A stretch of 64,000 bases of DNA from Archaeoglobus sp. Lineage in GTDB: Archaea; Halobacteriota; Archaeoglobi; Archaeoglobales; Archaeoglobaceae. The DNA is taken from the NCBI RefSeq assembly GCF_017656475.1, contig NZ_JACDNT010000002.1, forward strand, positions 33,160 to 97,159. Direction: 5' to 3'. Shown one piece after another: positions 40,038 through 48,593 of this stretch (within the stretch, counting starts at the first letter, position 1; each line of letters opens with the position of its first letter). A program made the position numbers and the translations under genes. The notes under the pieces were generated by a model. It had not been told where the DNA came from. It saw nothing but the letters and a program-made list of their open reading frames with translations, and ran no database searches.

Positions 40038-41176
40038 AGAACCTGGGACGTTGCAAATTCAGGTGGATAAAGAACCTTCACTTCTCCTCCGACGAACTCA
40101 CCAATGACACCTTTGAGCTCATCGCTTCCCCACAAAGCTTGATGCAAGTCATTGAACCTGTAAATTCCTGCCGCACCCTCGAATTTTCCGGACAGGAGAG
40201 TTTCAATGAGTTTATCTTTACCCCCCTTCTTGTAGGCTTGGGATAGTATGATAATCGAGTCGTAGGTTAGCAGGCCAGCGTAGTTGTTTGCGTCCTCTCC
40301 ATACTTCTCTCTGTAATCCTCGAAGTATTTCTTGGTCATGTCCGTCTTCTCAGTCACTTCCAGTGCAGCAGCCTGAAATACTGTATATTCAGCGTTAATC
40401 TTTTTCAGTGTTGATGGTAATGCGAGAGCACCACCCACTGAATAAACCAACCCCTTACCACCGTTTGCTCTGTATTCCTTAAGGAAGTTTATCGAAATTC
40501 CACCCGGATCACCGAGAATGATGACATCTCTGTCTCCAGCCATCCCCGCAATTTCTCTGGCCACCTTTTTGTAATCATCTGGAGAGACGCTCGGAGACTT
40601 GTAGTAAACCTCCACCTCCGGATCACCGTAGAGAGACTTGATTGATTTGAGCATCCCCTGATTGAAGGTCTTTAAGGGGTCGTATCCCACGAAGTAGTAT
40701 TTCTCAGGCTTTGCAAGCTTCAGAAATTCTCCAGCCAGCGCACCCCAGTAGGTGGTGTTGTAAGCAACCCTGAAAACATAATTGTTGCCCTCAGCGACCT
40801 TTTTCTCTATTGCTTCGGTAGAAGCAACGCTGACGAGGTAAACAACCTTGCTCTCTCCTGCAGCATCCGCCACAACCATCGACTGCGGGCTTGAGTATGC
40901 GCCGACAACAGCATCAACATTCTGGGAGACGAGATATTCGAAGGCCGTTTTCGCCTTCTCAGGTGTGTCACCACAATCAGCAAAGACCAGCTCTACATTT
41001 CCTGCATGTTCTGCAGCAAGCTCGGCAGCATTCTTCATTGCAACTCCGGCTGTTGAGTAAAGTCCGGTTTCAGGAACAAGAACGCCTATCTTTATTATCT
41101 CCCCACTCTGCTCCGCAGGTTGAGCGCATCCAAGCAGAATTAATGCTAAAAAAATGGCAAAAAATCTCCACTTCAC
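40025..41176 (-). CDS. Liv-type (Peripla_BP_6-like) substrate-binding lipoprotein
   Basis: 383 aa with lipobox signal MKWRFFAIFLALILLGCAQP. It continues IKIGVLVPETGLYS..G as in LivJ/K-family binding proteins. Its start overlaps the crotonase stop by 4 nt. Confidence 0.85.
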   Translation of the reverse strand: MKWRFFAIFLALILLGCAQPAEQSGEIIKIGVLVPETGLYSTAGVAMKNAAELAAEHAGNVELVFADCGDTPEKAKTAFEYLVSQNVDAVVGAYSSPQSMVVADAAGESKVVYLVSVASTEAIEKKVAEGNNYVFRVAYNTTYWGALAGEFLKLAKPEKYYFVGYDPLKTFNQGMLKSIKSLYGDPEVEVYYKSPSVSPDDYKKVAREIAGMAGDRDVIILGDPGGISINFLKEYRANGGKGLVYSVGGALALPSTLKKINAEYTVFQAAALEVTEKTDMTKKYFEDYREKYGEDANNYAGLLTYDSIIILSQAYKKGGKDKLIETLLSGKFEGAAGIYRFNDLHQALWGSDELKGVIGEFVGGEVKVLYPPEFATSQVLWMK

Positions 41177-41952
41177 TCCCTGTCCCTCCTGAACTCGGCC
41201 TTCCTCTTCTCAACAAATGCCTTTATCCCCTCCTCAGCGTCTGGAGAGGAAAAGGACAGGGCAAACAGGTCTCTCTCGTACATTATTCCGTCCCTCAACT
41301 CCATTTTGAATCCTCTGTTTACCGCCTGCTTAACCAAAGCCACCGCGTAGGGGGACTTGCTCTTAATGACTTCCGCCATCTTTTTTGCTTCGTCCATCAG
41401 CTTATCATGCTCAACCACTTTGTTTACCAATCCGAGCCTGTATGCTTCATCCGCCGAAATTCTTTCCCCAGTAAGGCACATCTCCATTGCCTTCTTCCAT
41501 CCAACAATCCTCGCAAGCCTTTGCGTCCCTCCTGCACCGGGAATAATGCCGAGATTTATCTCAGGCTGCCCAAAACTGGCTTTTTCGCTTGCTATTATGA
41601 TATCACAGGCCATTGCAATCTCACACCCACCTCCCAATGCAAATCCATTTATAGCAGCTATAACAGGAACTTCAAGGTCCTCCATTTCTTCGAGAACCTT
41701 TCCAAGCTCCTCTATCGTGTTTCTCGCTACAAAATGAGATGATTCGGAGAACATCTTAATGTCCGCCCCAGCACAGAATGCCTTGCCCTCTCCAGTCAGT
41801 ACAATTACTCTAACACTTTTGTTCTTCTTTGCATATTCCACAACCTCCTTCAACCCCTCCACGAAGTCTTTGTTGATCGCATTAAGAGCTTCAGGGCGGT
41901 TGAACTTCACCCAGAGAATTCCGTCCTCTTCTTTGTACTCAATAGCCGGCAT
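41173..41952 (-). CDS. Enoyl-CoA hydratase (crotonase family)
   Basis: 259 aa with LTGEGKAFCAGADI, AAINGFALGGGCEIAMACD and the PEINLGIIPGAGGTQRL oxyanion-hole motifs. Confidence 0.9.
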   Translation of the reverse strand: MPAIEYKEEDGILWVKFNRPEALNAINKDFVEGLKEVVEYAKKNKSVRVIVLTGEGKAFCAGADIKMFSESSHFVARNTIEELGKVLEEMEDLEVPVIAAINGFALGGGCEIAMACDIIIASEKASFGQPEINLGIIPGAGGTQRLARIVGWKKAMEMCLTGERISADEAYRLGLVNKVVEHDKLMDEAKKMAEVIKSKSPYAVALVKQAVNRGFKMELRDGIMYERDLFALSFSSPDAEEGIKAFVEKRKAEFRRDRE

Positions 41953-41956
41953 CCTC

Positions 41957-43141
41957 TCACGTCCTGTAGCTCTTGGGCATTCCGAGAATGTGCTCGGCTA
42001 TGAAGTTCAGAGCCATCTGCTGGGTTACAGGAGCCAGGCGGATGAGGTTGATCTCCCTCCACCACCTCTCCACGTCATACTCCTTGGAATATCCGTATCC
42101 ACCGAAGACTTGCATTGCCCAGTAGACTGCTTTTATTCCAGCCTCCACTGCAACCGCCTTCGCCATGTTCGCAGTAGCTCCAACCTCTCTGTAGTTTGCC
42201 CCCTGATCAAACAGCGTTGCGGCCTTGAAGTTCATGAGCTTCGCACACTCCAGCGTTGCGTAGGCTTCAGCAAGCGGAAACTGCAGCCCCTGATAACTGC
42301 CTATTGGATCTTTGAACACCACCCTCTGCTTTGAATACTCAACTGCCTTGCTTATCGCAAGCCTGCTTATGCCGATTGCTGCCGTGGTGAAGCTCATTCT
42401 CTCAGGGTTGAGCGTGTCGAGCAGATGATACCATCCACCATCAAGTGGGGGTATCAGCGCATTTTCAGGTAGCCTCAGGTTGTTGAAGCTGACCTCACAG
42501 GTCTTGGAGTAATTTATTCCGTGCTTGGGGATCGGATTCACCTTTACCGCATCATTGGGCAAATCTGCAAGGAAAAGACTTATGCCATGGGTCTTCTTCT
42601 CAGCCTTCTCTCTTGGTGTCGTTCTGGCGATTATCAGCATCCCCTTCGCCCTGTCGGCACCGCTGATGAAGATCTTGTTACCATTAATAACCCACTCATC
42701 TCCATCCTTCACAGCTGTCGTTCTTATAGCCAGAGTGTTCGTTCCTGCATCCGGCTCGGTTAGGGCCATGCAGAACTCCATCTCACCCTTTGCAATTTTA
42801 GGCAGATACTTCTCTTTCTGCTCCTCCGTTCCGTGCCGTACTATAGTTAATGCACCAAAAACCTCAGTTAAAACCATGTACCAGATTCCAGCCATCCCGC
42901 ATCCATTCGCTGCAAGCTCCTCCATCGCTATCAGCAGCTCGGTTATTCCGTAGCCTCCACCACCGTACTCCTCCGGAATCACTATGCCCATGAAGCCCGC
43001 ATCGCTTATTGCCTTGAAGAACTCCTCAGCAAACTCCCCATTCTCCTCCTTCTCCCTCCAGTACTCAGGCGGGAAGTCCTTGGCTATGTCCCTTGCAGCG
43101 TTGGCAATCATCCTCTGCTCTTCGTTAAATTCAAAGTTCAT
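41957..43141 (-). CDS. Acyl-CoA dehydrogenase
   Basis: 394 aa with MALTEPDAGT, ISGAD, QVFGGYGY and the ACAD three-domain length. Confidence 0.9.
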   Translation of the reverse strand: MNFEFNEEQRMIANAARDIAKDFPPEYWREKEENGEFAEEFFKAISDAGFMGIVIPEEYGGGGYGITELLIAMEELAANGCGMAGIWYMVLTEVFGALTIVRHGTEEQKEKYLPKIAKGEMEFCMALTEPDAGTNTLAIRTTAVKDGDEWVINGNKIFISGADRAKGMLIIARTTPREKAEKKTHGISLFLADLPNDAVKVNPIPKHGINYSKTCEVSFNNLRLPENALIPPLDGGWYHLLDTLNPERMSFTTAAIGISRLAISKAVEYSKQRVVFKDPIGSYQGLQFPLAEAYATLECAKLMNFKAATLFDQGANYREVGATANMAKAVAVEAGIKAVYWAMQVFGGYGYSKEYDVERWWREINLIRLAPVTQQMALNFIAEHILGMPKSYRT

Positions 43142-43156
43142 GCTATCACCAAAAAA

Positions 43157-43627
43157 TTAGAGAGGTTTAAAGTAGAGAATATCGGTAATCTTTCCTTCTC
43201 TCTCGTTCTTCGGCTTGAGAACCGGCTTCACCTTCATACCGATTTCAACGTTTTCGGGCTCAACTTCGCCAAGAAGGTGAATCAGGCAGCCGTCTGTGCC
43301 GTCAATATCAATAACAGCGTAAATTTCAGGCTTCTCCAAAGGTTTCTCGTAAGCGTCGAGCCTTGCAACTGTGAAAGCTCTTACACAACCCTCCCCGCTC
43401 ACTTCCACAAACTCAGTTTCGCTGAAATCCTTCTCGCAGTAGATGCGGGGCGGGAAGTAAACCTTTCCACACTTCTTGCATTTGGCAGCCAGAAACTTCT
43501 CCTCGTTCATGAGCTTCTTGAAGAACTCGTCTCCTGCCTTTCCACTCGTGTAAATCCAGTAAAGCTCTATTCTGCCATCCCAGTGTCTCAACTCTTTTGG
43601 ATTAACAATCTTCTCAATCATCTTCAT
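43157..43627 (-). CDS. DUF35 (Zn-ribbon + OB-fold) acyl-CoA-associated protein
   Basis: ATG 43627 forms an ATGA overlap with the upstream stop and has GGAGGG upstream. It gives MKMIEKIV...CKKCGKVYFPPRIYCEKD, followed by an OB-like C-terminus. Confidence 0.8.
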   Translation of the reverse strand: MKMIEKIVNPKELRHWDGRIELYWIYTSGKAGDEFFKKLMNEEKFLAAKCKKCGKVYFPPRIYCEKDFSETEFVEVSGEGCVRAFTVARLDAYEKPLEKPEIYAVIDIDGTDGCLIHLLGEVEPENVEIGMKVKPVLKPKNEREGKITDILYFKPL

Positions 43628-44154
43628 CCCTCCATCGGCTTCCAGTACTTGATATCCGTAATCGCTCCCTCTCTCTCCTCTTCGCTCTTCCAAACAGCCT
43701 TTACCTTCATCCCGATGTAAACGTCCTCTGGCTTCACCTCATCGAGAATGTGCATTATTCCCATGTGCGGTGATGCTCCATCAATGGAGATGACCGCCAC
43801 TATAACAGGCTCAGGCAGTGGCCTGGCATCGGGGTCGATGTATGAGATGGAGAACGTCTCAACGGTGCCTGTATCTTTCAGCTCGACCCATCCGTCAATG
43901 GGTTTGTAGCAGAGCTCGCAGAACATTCTTGGCGGAACCATCACTCTGCCACACTTGTTGCACTTCACTCCCAGAATCTTGCCCTCTTTCAGACCGTTAA
44001 GAAACTTGCTTATAGCCTGCCCAGCGGTCCAGGAGTAGCGGATATCCGGGTGATCTTCCACATACGTGACCTTCTTCTGTTTGATGTCAGCATCACTCAG
44101 CGGTGTTCCCTCAGCGTATGGAGGGCACTCAATATCCTTCTTGCCAACAGCCAT
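43624..44154 (-). CDS. DUF35 (Zn-ribbon + OB-fold) acyl-CoA-associated protein
   Basis: ATG 44154 lies 4 nt after the thiolase-like stop with GAGGTGA upstream. It gives MAVGKKDIE...CNKCGRVMVPPRMFCELC (CxxC-x11-CxxC), followed by an OB-like C-terminus. Confidence 0.8.
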   Translation of the reverse strand: MAVGKKDIECPPYAEGTPLSDADIKQKKVTYVEDHPDIRYSWTAGQAISKFLNGLKEGKILGVKCNKCGRVMVPPRMFCELCYKPIDGWVELKDTGTVETFSISYIDPDARPLPEPVIVAVISIDGASPHMGIMHILDEVKPEDVYIGMKVKAVWKSEEEREGAITDIKYWKPMEG

Positions 44155-44158
44155 TCTA

Positions 44159-45361
44159 TCACCTCTTATTTGACATAACCATAACCGTTCCAACCTGCAT
44201 CAGATCTCCCCATGCCTGACATACGCCCGTTGTGACTTCCTTTGCCACCTGTCTCTTCCCTGCCCTGTAGGCGAGCTGCCAGTACAGTTCGCAAGCCTTA
44301 ACACCCATCGTCGCTGCAATTGGATTACCAACTCCCAGCAGTCCTCCTGATGGGCAGGTGGGTAGGTCTCCGTCTCTTTGCGTTACTCCCTCTCTTGTGA
44401 GAATGGGCGCTTCTCCCTTCTTTGCCAGGCCTAATCCTTCCATGTGGTGCAGTTCTTTGTAATCGAATGGGTCGTATGGCTCGGCAACATCAATCTCCTT
44501 TCGTGGGTCATTGATGTGTGCCTGTCTGTATGCCATCTTCGCAGCTTCAGCAACATAGCGCGGGAAGTACAGATCACGGTTAGTCCACCATGTGGTGTCG
44601 AGAGCCCAGCCCACTCCAGTCACCCAAACTGGATTGTCAGTAAGCTGTCTCGCAATGTGCGGAGCGACCATGATTAGGGCTGCTGCTCCATCTGATGGCG
44701 GAGATACATCAAGCCTTCTGACAGGAAGAGCCATTGGCTCGCTGTTCAGCACATCCTCAACCGTAATCTTCTCTGCCACCTGAGCGCATGGATGATCCAG
44801 AGCGTTTCCCTTGTTCTTCACCGAAACAAGAGCAATGTCCTCATGCTTGATGTTGTGTACATGCATGTAGCGGCGCATTTCAAGAGCGAAAATCCAGATG
44901 AGGTTGGGGCTCAGCGGGCGGTCAAGAATCGGATCCCAGATGTACTTGAACGCCGACTGAGGGTGTGGATGGGATGAAGACATCTTCTCCTCACAAACCA
45001 CAAGACAGACATCAGCCAAACCACTCGCGACATGCCAGTATCCAGCTATAGGGGCAAAGACTCCCGTTCCTCCACCCACAAAGACTCTCATGTAAGGCCT
45101 GTCTGAACCTCCAGAGCCGTCAAGCAAATACTCTCCTTTCATGTGCAAACCATCGAACGTGTCAGGGGCGGAGCCCATCACAACCATCTCAATATCGTCA
45201 ATTGTTATACCAGCCTCCTCAAGAGCCTGCTTTATGGCAAGATAGCTCAACTCCCTCCCGGTTTCGTTGAGTCTCCTCTTGAAGGTCGTCATTCCCGCTC
45301 CAACGATTGCCACATCCTGCTTCTTGTGGAACTTCAACCCGCTAATTTTCTCAACTTCCAT
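44159..45361 (-). CDS. Thiolase-fold (SCP-x type) protein, non-canonical active site
   Basis: ATG 45361 has AAGGTGGTGG upstream. The product is 400 aa with DVAIVGAGMTTF and PSDGAAALIM. By-eye alignment gives GGGTG where thiolases have C-A-S-G, GVGNPIAAT where they have G-H-P-x-G-A-T, and CQAWGD where they have H-N-x-G-G. Confidence 0.85.
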   Translation of the reverse strand: MEVEKISGLKFHKKQDVAIVGAGMTTFKRRLNETGRELSYLAIKQALEEAGITIDDIEMVVMGSAPDTFDGLHMKGEYLLDGSGGSDRPYMRVFVGGGTGVFAPIAGYWHVASGLADVCLVVCEEKMSSSHPHPQSAFKYIWDPILDRPLSPNLIWIFALEMRRYMHVHNIKHEDIALVSVKNKGNALDHPCAQVAEKITVEDVLNSEPMALPVRRLDVSPPSDGAAALIMVAPHIARQLTDNPVWVTGVGWALDTTWWTNRDLYFPRYVAEAAKMAYRQAHINDPRKEIDVAEPYDPFDYKELHHMEGLGLAKKGEAPILTREGVTQRDGDLPTCPSGGLLGVGNPIAATMGVKACELYWQLAYRAGKRQVAKEVTTGVCQAWGDLMQVGTVMVMSNKR

Positions 45362-45371
45362 ATCCACCACC

Positions 45372-46514
45372 TTACACACCAAAAACAGCCACAGCACCGC
45401 TGTGAGTGGGCAGATATCTCCACGCCTGCGCCACTCCGGTCTCTACATCACTTAGCTGCTTTTTGCCCGCCTCACCGCGAAGCTGGAGAACCACTTCCAG
45501 AGCTTTCTGCCCTCCAGTGCACTCAAGCAGGTTGCCAACTCCGAGACTTCCTCCTGAAACGTTAACTGGCAAAGCACCATCCCTGTCGAAGTAGCCTTCA
45601 GCCATAAGTCTTGCCGAGTCGAACTTTCCTGCGAGTTGCAACGCCTCTATGTGCTGGAGTTCCTTGAATGCGAACCTGTCATCCACCTCGGCAAAATCAA
45701 CTTCCTTGGCGGGATTCGCTATTCCGGCCATCCTGTATGCCATCTTCGCTGCCTTGTAGGCGTACATTGCAGACAGGCTTGCAGTGTCATAACCATAAGT
45801 TTCGCTCCACCATCCTACACCCTTAACCCAAACAGGGCTGTCTGTCAGCTCTCTCGCAACCTTATCACTTGCAAGAACAAATACAACACACCCATCAGCG
45901 AGGGGGGCGATCTCCATCTTCTTCATCGGATCGAAGAGCTTCGGACTCGCCATGACATCGTCAATGGTTACATTAGCCGCATACGGGGCCGACTCATTCA
46001 GCAAAGCGTTGTTCTTGTTCTTAACGACCACTCTTGCAACATCCTCTTCACCCAGACACCTCTCGGACATGTACTGAAACATTTCTAAGGCAGCGAGGTA
46101 GTAGGGGTGCGCATTTCCAATGTTCCTGAGCCATATTGGATCCATCGCAAATTTGACAACATTTCCGAAAGTCTGAATGTCGCTCGCCTTGCTGTGGGCC
46201 TCAACGACTGCTATATCTGCAAGACCGCTTCTGATCTGCATGTAGGCAGTGGCAACGCCATAGAGAAAGTCTCCTGACACTGTGCACGTTGGCTTTACCA
46301 CTGCCCCAAGCTGGTCTGGCACGAATTCATCGAAGATTGCAAAACCCTCGTAGATGTCCTCTGCACACGTTACGAAGCTGTCCACATCTCTGCGTGGATT
46401 TATGCCGGCATCGGTGTAAGCCCTGACAGCGGCCTCGTACATGATTTCTTTCCAGCTCAGGTCGGGTGTGGTGGAATTGAAACCCGAATACCCAACTCCC
46501 ACAACAGCTACCAT
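45372..46514 (-). CDS. Thiolase-fold (SCP-x type) protein, non-canonical active site
   Basis: 380 aa with MVAVVGVGYSGF and PLADGCVVFVL. By-eye alignment puts TVSGD at the C-A-S-G position (Ser at the nucleophile position, Cys three residues earlier). It also has GVGNLLECT instead of GHPxGAT, and AQAWRY instead of HNxGG. Confidence 0.85.
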   Translation of the reverse strand: MVAVVGVGYSGFNSTTPDLSWKEIMYEAAVRAYTDAGINPRRDVDSFVTCAEDIYEGFAIFDEFVPDQLGAVVKPTCTVSGDFLYGVATAYMQIRSGLADIAVVEAHSKASDIQTFGNVVKFAMDPIWLRNIGNAHPYYLAALEMFQYMSERCLGEEDVARVVVKNKNNALLNESAPYAANVTIDDVMASPKLFDPMKKMEIAPLADGCVVFVLASDKVARELTDSPVWVKGVGWWSETYGYDTASLSAMYAYKAAKMAYRMAGIANPAKEVDFAEVDDRFAFKELQHIEALQLAGKFDSARLMAEGYFDRDGALPVNVSGGSLGVGNLLECTGGQKALEVVLQLRGEAGKKQLSDVETGVAQAWRYLPTHSGAVAVFGV

Positions 46515-46768
46515 TCCATCACCAATTATTCTTTGTATTTCGATAATACTTAAATCTTACCGATTTTACTTGGTTAAAAATAAAAATAAAGGTGCGACAC
46601 TTCAGCATATAAAATAATACTAATTTTCACTCCTCCATGAACAACAAGAGAAATCAGAACTTAAACAACCGGGTAAAAAGCCTGGATAGGAAACGAACAG
46701 AAGGAGATGAATTTACAGCGATGGAAAACAATCTACGTTTTTAAGTTGATGAAAACTTTTCGTGAGAT

Positions 46769-47098
46769 TTACCTCCATTCGACATTTTCAAGATAAGCTT
46801 CCCCACGTGGAGTGAGAGAGTAGTACTTTTTCCCTCCTTCCACCTTTGACTCGACGAACAAAGCTTCCTCAAGCAGATCCAAATGCATTCTGGCCTGGGC
46901 TTCAGAGAGGTTGAATCTCTCCACAATCTCCTCAAAACTCCTCTTTCCGTACCCAATGAACTTTATAATCTCCCTTCTAACTCTGTGCTGCAAGGCCCTC
47001 AGACCAATTTTGTGATCCTCCGTAGGATCTCGAAGCTTTCCCTCTCTCTTCAACTTCTCCAGCCACTCCTGTTTTCTTTTCTGAAGGTCACTGCTCAT
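46769..47098 (-). CDS. Winged-helix (ArsR/MarR-like) transcriptional regulator
   Basis: 109 aa. ALQHRVRREIIKFIGYGKRSFEEIVERFNLSEAQARMHLDLLEEALFVESKVEGGKKYYSLTPRG fits an HTH plus beta-wing pattern. Confidence 0.7.
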   Translation of the reverse strand: MSSDLQKRKQEWLEKLKREGKLRDPTEDHKIGLRALQHRVRREIIKFIGYGKRSFEEIVERFNLSEAQARMHLDLLEEALFVESKVEGGKKYYSLTPRGEAYLENVEWR

Positions 47099-47159
47099 AT
47101 TAACACTAATACCATGAGAAATATCAAATTTTTCGTTATCCTCTACGCTTGGTGTTACT

Positions 47160-47278
47160 TGATTGCATAAACCTGTAAAACCTCAAGCTTTTTCAAGTCT
47201 ATCCCTCTATGATTGCATCCACACTATCCTGAGAACAGACGTTAGCAGCATAACAGCGGTTAAGGATGGATGCAATCA
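47160..47278. repeat. Triplicated 9-mer TGATTGCAT (two direct, one inverted) including a perfect 12-bp inverted repeat
   Basis: TGATTGCAT occurs at 47160-47168 and 47210-47218, and ATGCAATCA at 47270-47278. tgattgcatcca (47210-47221) is the exact reverse complement of tggatgcaatca (47267-47278). Confidence 0.9.
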
Positions 47279-47392
47279 CCCTTCCCACCTGAATTGGTTC
47301 ATTATTTAAATCTTAATCCTCTTAAACCCTAAGGGGCTTGAAATTGCCAGAGATAGTTAGAGCTTTTTAAAGATATGTGGAGGGAGAGATGA

Positions 47393-48514
47393 ATGAGCAA
47401 AGCAATGAAGTTCATCATCTTGATGGGTTTGGTGAGTCTCTTCGGGGATATCACCTACGAGGGGGCGAGAAGCATAGTTGGGCCATATCTCGCCACTTTT
47501 GGTTTAAGCGCAGCTGTAGTTGGGCTTGTGACGGGGTTTGGGGAGTTTACGGGCTATGGTTTAAGGCTGCTTTCAGGTTACGTTGCGGACAGAACTGGAA
47601 GGCACTGGCTTATGACCTTTCTCGGATACTCTCTAATCCTTTCCATTCCATTGCTGGCTTTTGCTCAATACTGGTGGGTGGCTGCTGTGCTTATTGTGGC
47701 TGAGAGGCTTGGAAAGGCGATCAGAACACCCGCGAGAGATGCTATGCTGTCCTTTGCTACAAAACAGGTTGGTAGGGGATTGGGGTTTGGTGTTCACGAA
47801 GCGATGGACCAGATTGGAGCGGTAATTGGCCCGCTGATTGTTTTCTCAGCGCTTGTAGGTTATAGCTACAAAGAAGCTTTTATGGTGTTGTTTTTACCAG
47901 CCTTGTTGGTACTGCTGGCTCTCCTTGCAACCTGGAAGCTGTACCCCGCTCCACAGAGGTTTGAGGAGGAGAGGCAGGAAAGTGAGATTAAAGGAAGCTT
48001 CCTGCTTTACTCAATCTTCGTTTTCCTAAGTGTTGTGGGATTTCTCAGCTTTCCCTTGCTCTCCTACCATCTGGCCCGCTATGTCGATTTAAGGCTCATA
48101 CCTCTCCTTTACGCCCTTGCCATGGGTGTTGATGCCCTCTTTGCGTTGATTTCTGGCAAATGCTACGACGTTATCGGCCTGAAAACACTCATGCTTGTTC
48201 CACTGCTGACACCTTTGACTCTGCTCGCTTTGCAACCCACATTTGCCGGAGTTGTTGCTGGTGTTGCGGCATGGGGAGCTGTGATGGGGATGCATGAGGC
48301 AACAACGAGAGCTGCGATAGCTGACCTAACAGGAGTGAAGAAAAGAAGCACAGCTTACGGCATCTTCAACTCAATTTTCGGACTTGCCATGTTTGCTGGA
48401 GGAGCTGTTCTGGGATATCTCTACGATGTCTCCACGACAGGTCTTGTGATGTTCGTTCTGGCAGTTGAGTTTGCAGCTTTTCTAGTCATTTTGACGGTGA
48501 ACAAAAATATTTAA
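47393..48514 (+). CDS. Major facilitator superfamily transporter
   Basis: 373 aa with about 10-12 hydrophobic helices and an MFS-like loop GYVADRTGRHW. GGAGGGAGAG lies upstream of the ATG. Confidence 0.85.
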   Translation: MSKAMKFIILMGLVSLFGDITYEGARSIVGPYLATFGLSAAVVGLVTGFGEFTGYGLRLLSGYVADRTGRHWLMTFLGYSLILSIPLLAFAQYWWVAAVLIVAERLGKAIRTPARDAMLSFATKQVGRGLGFGVHEAMDQIGAVIGPLIVFSALVGYSYKEAFMVLFLPALLVLLALLATWKLYPAPQRFEEERQESEIKGSFLLYSIFVFLSVVGFLSFPLLSYHLARYVDLRLIPLLYALAMGVDALFALISGKCYDVIGLKTLMLVPLLTPLTLLALQPTFAGVVAGVAAWGAVMGMHEATTRAAIADLTGVKKRSTAYGIFNSIFGLAMFAGGAVLGYLYDVSTTGLVMFVLAVEFAAFLVILTVNKNI

Positions 48515-48593
48515 ACTTTTTGGAAATGGAATTCCGAAAATTTTTTAAATAATTAGATTTAGAATGTTTAAATCGTATTAAAAGGGTGGTAAG

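Noticed and set aside
40891-41742. A long 283-aa plus-strand ORF. Similar long antisense ORFs lie at 2878-3528, 17420-18168, 49032-49754, 50221-50853, 53026-53732 and 57400-58023.
   Set aside because: Each lies entirely antisense to a gene with strong family motifs. Their products are low-complexity, Ser/Pro/Leu/Arg-rich sequences with no motifs. These are typical shadow frames.
43157-46514. I considered that the thiolase-like plus DUF35 genes are the mevalonate-pathway acetoacetyl-CoA thiolase/HMG-CoA synthase/DUF35 complex.
   Set aside because: Neither thiolase-fold protein shows an HMG-CoA synthase-like N-terminus or active-site context. Both are paralogues of each other. The context is ACAD, crotonase and an ABC importer, not isoprenoid genes.
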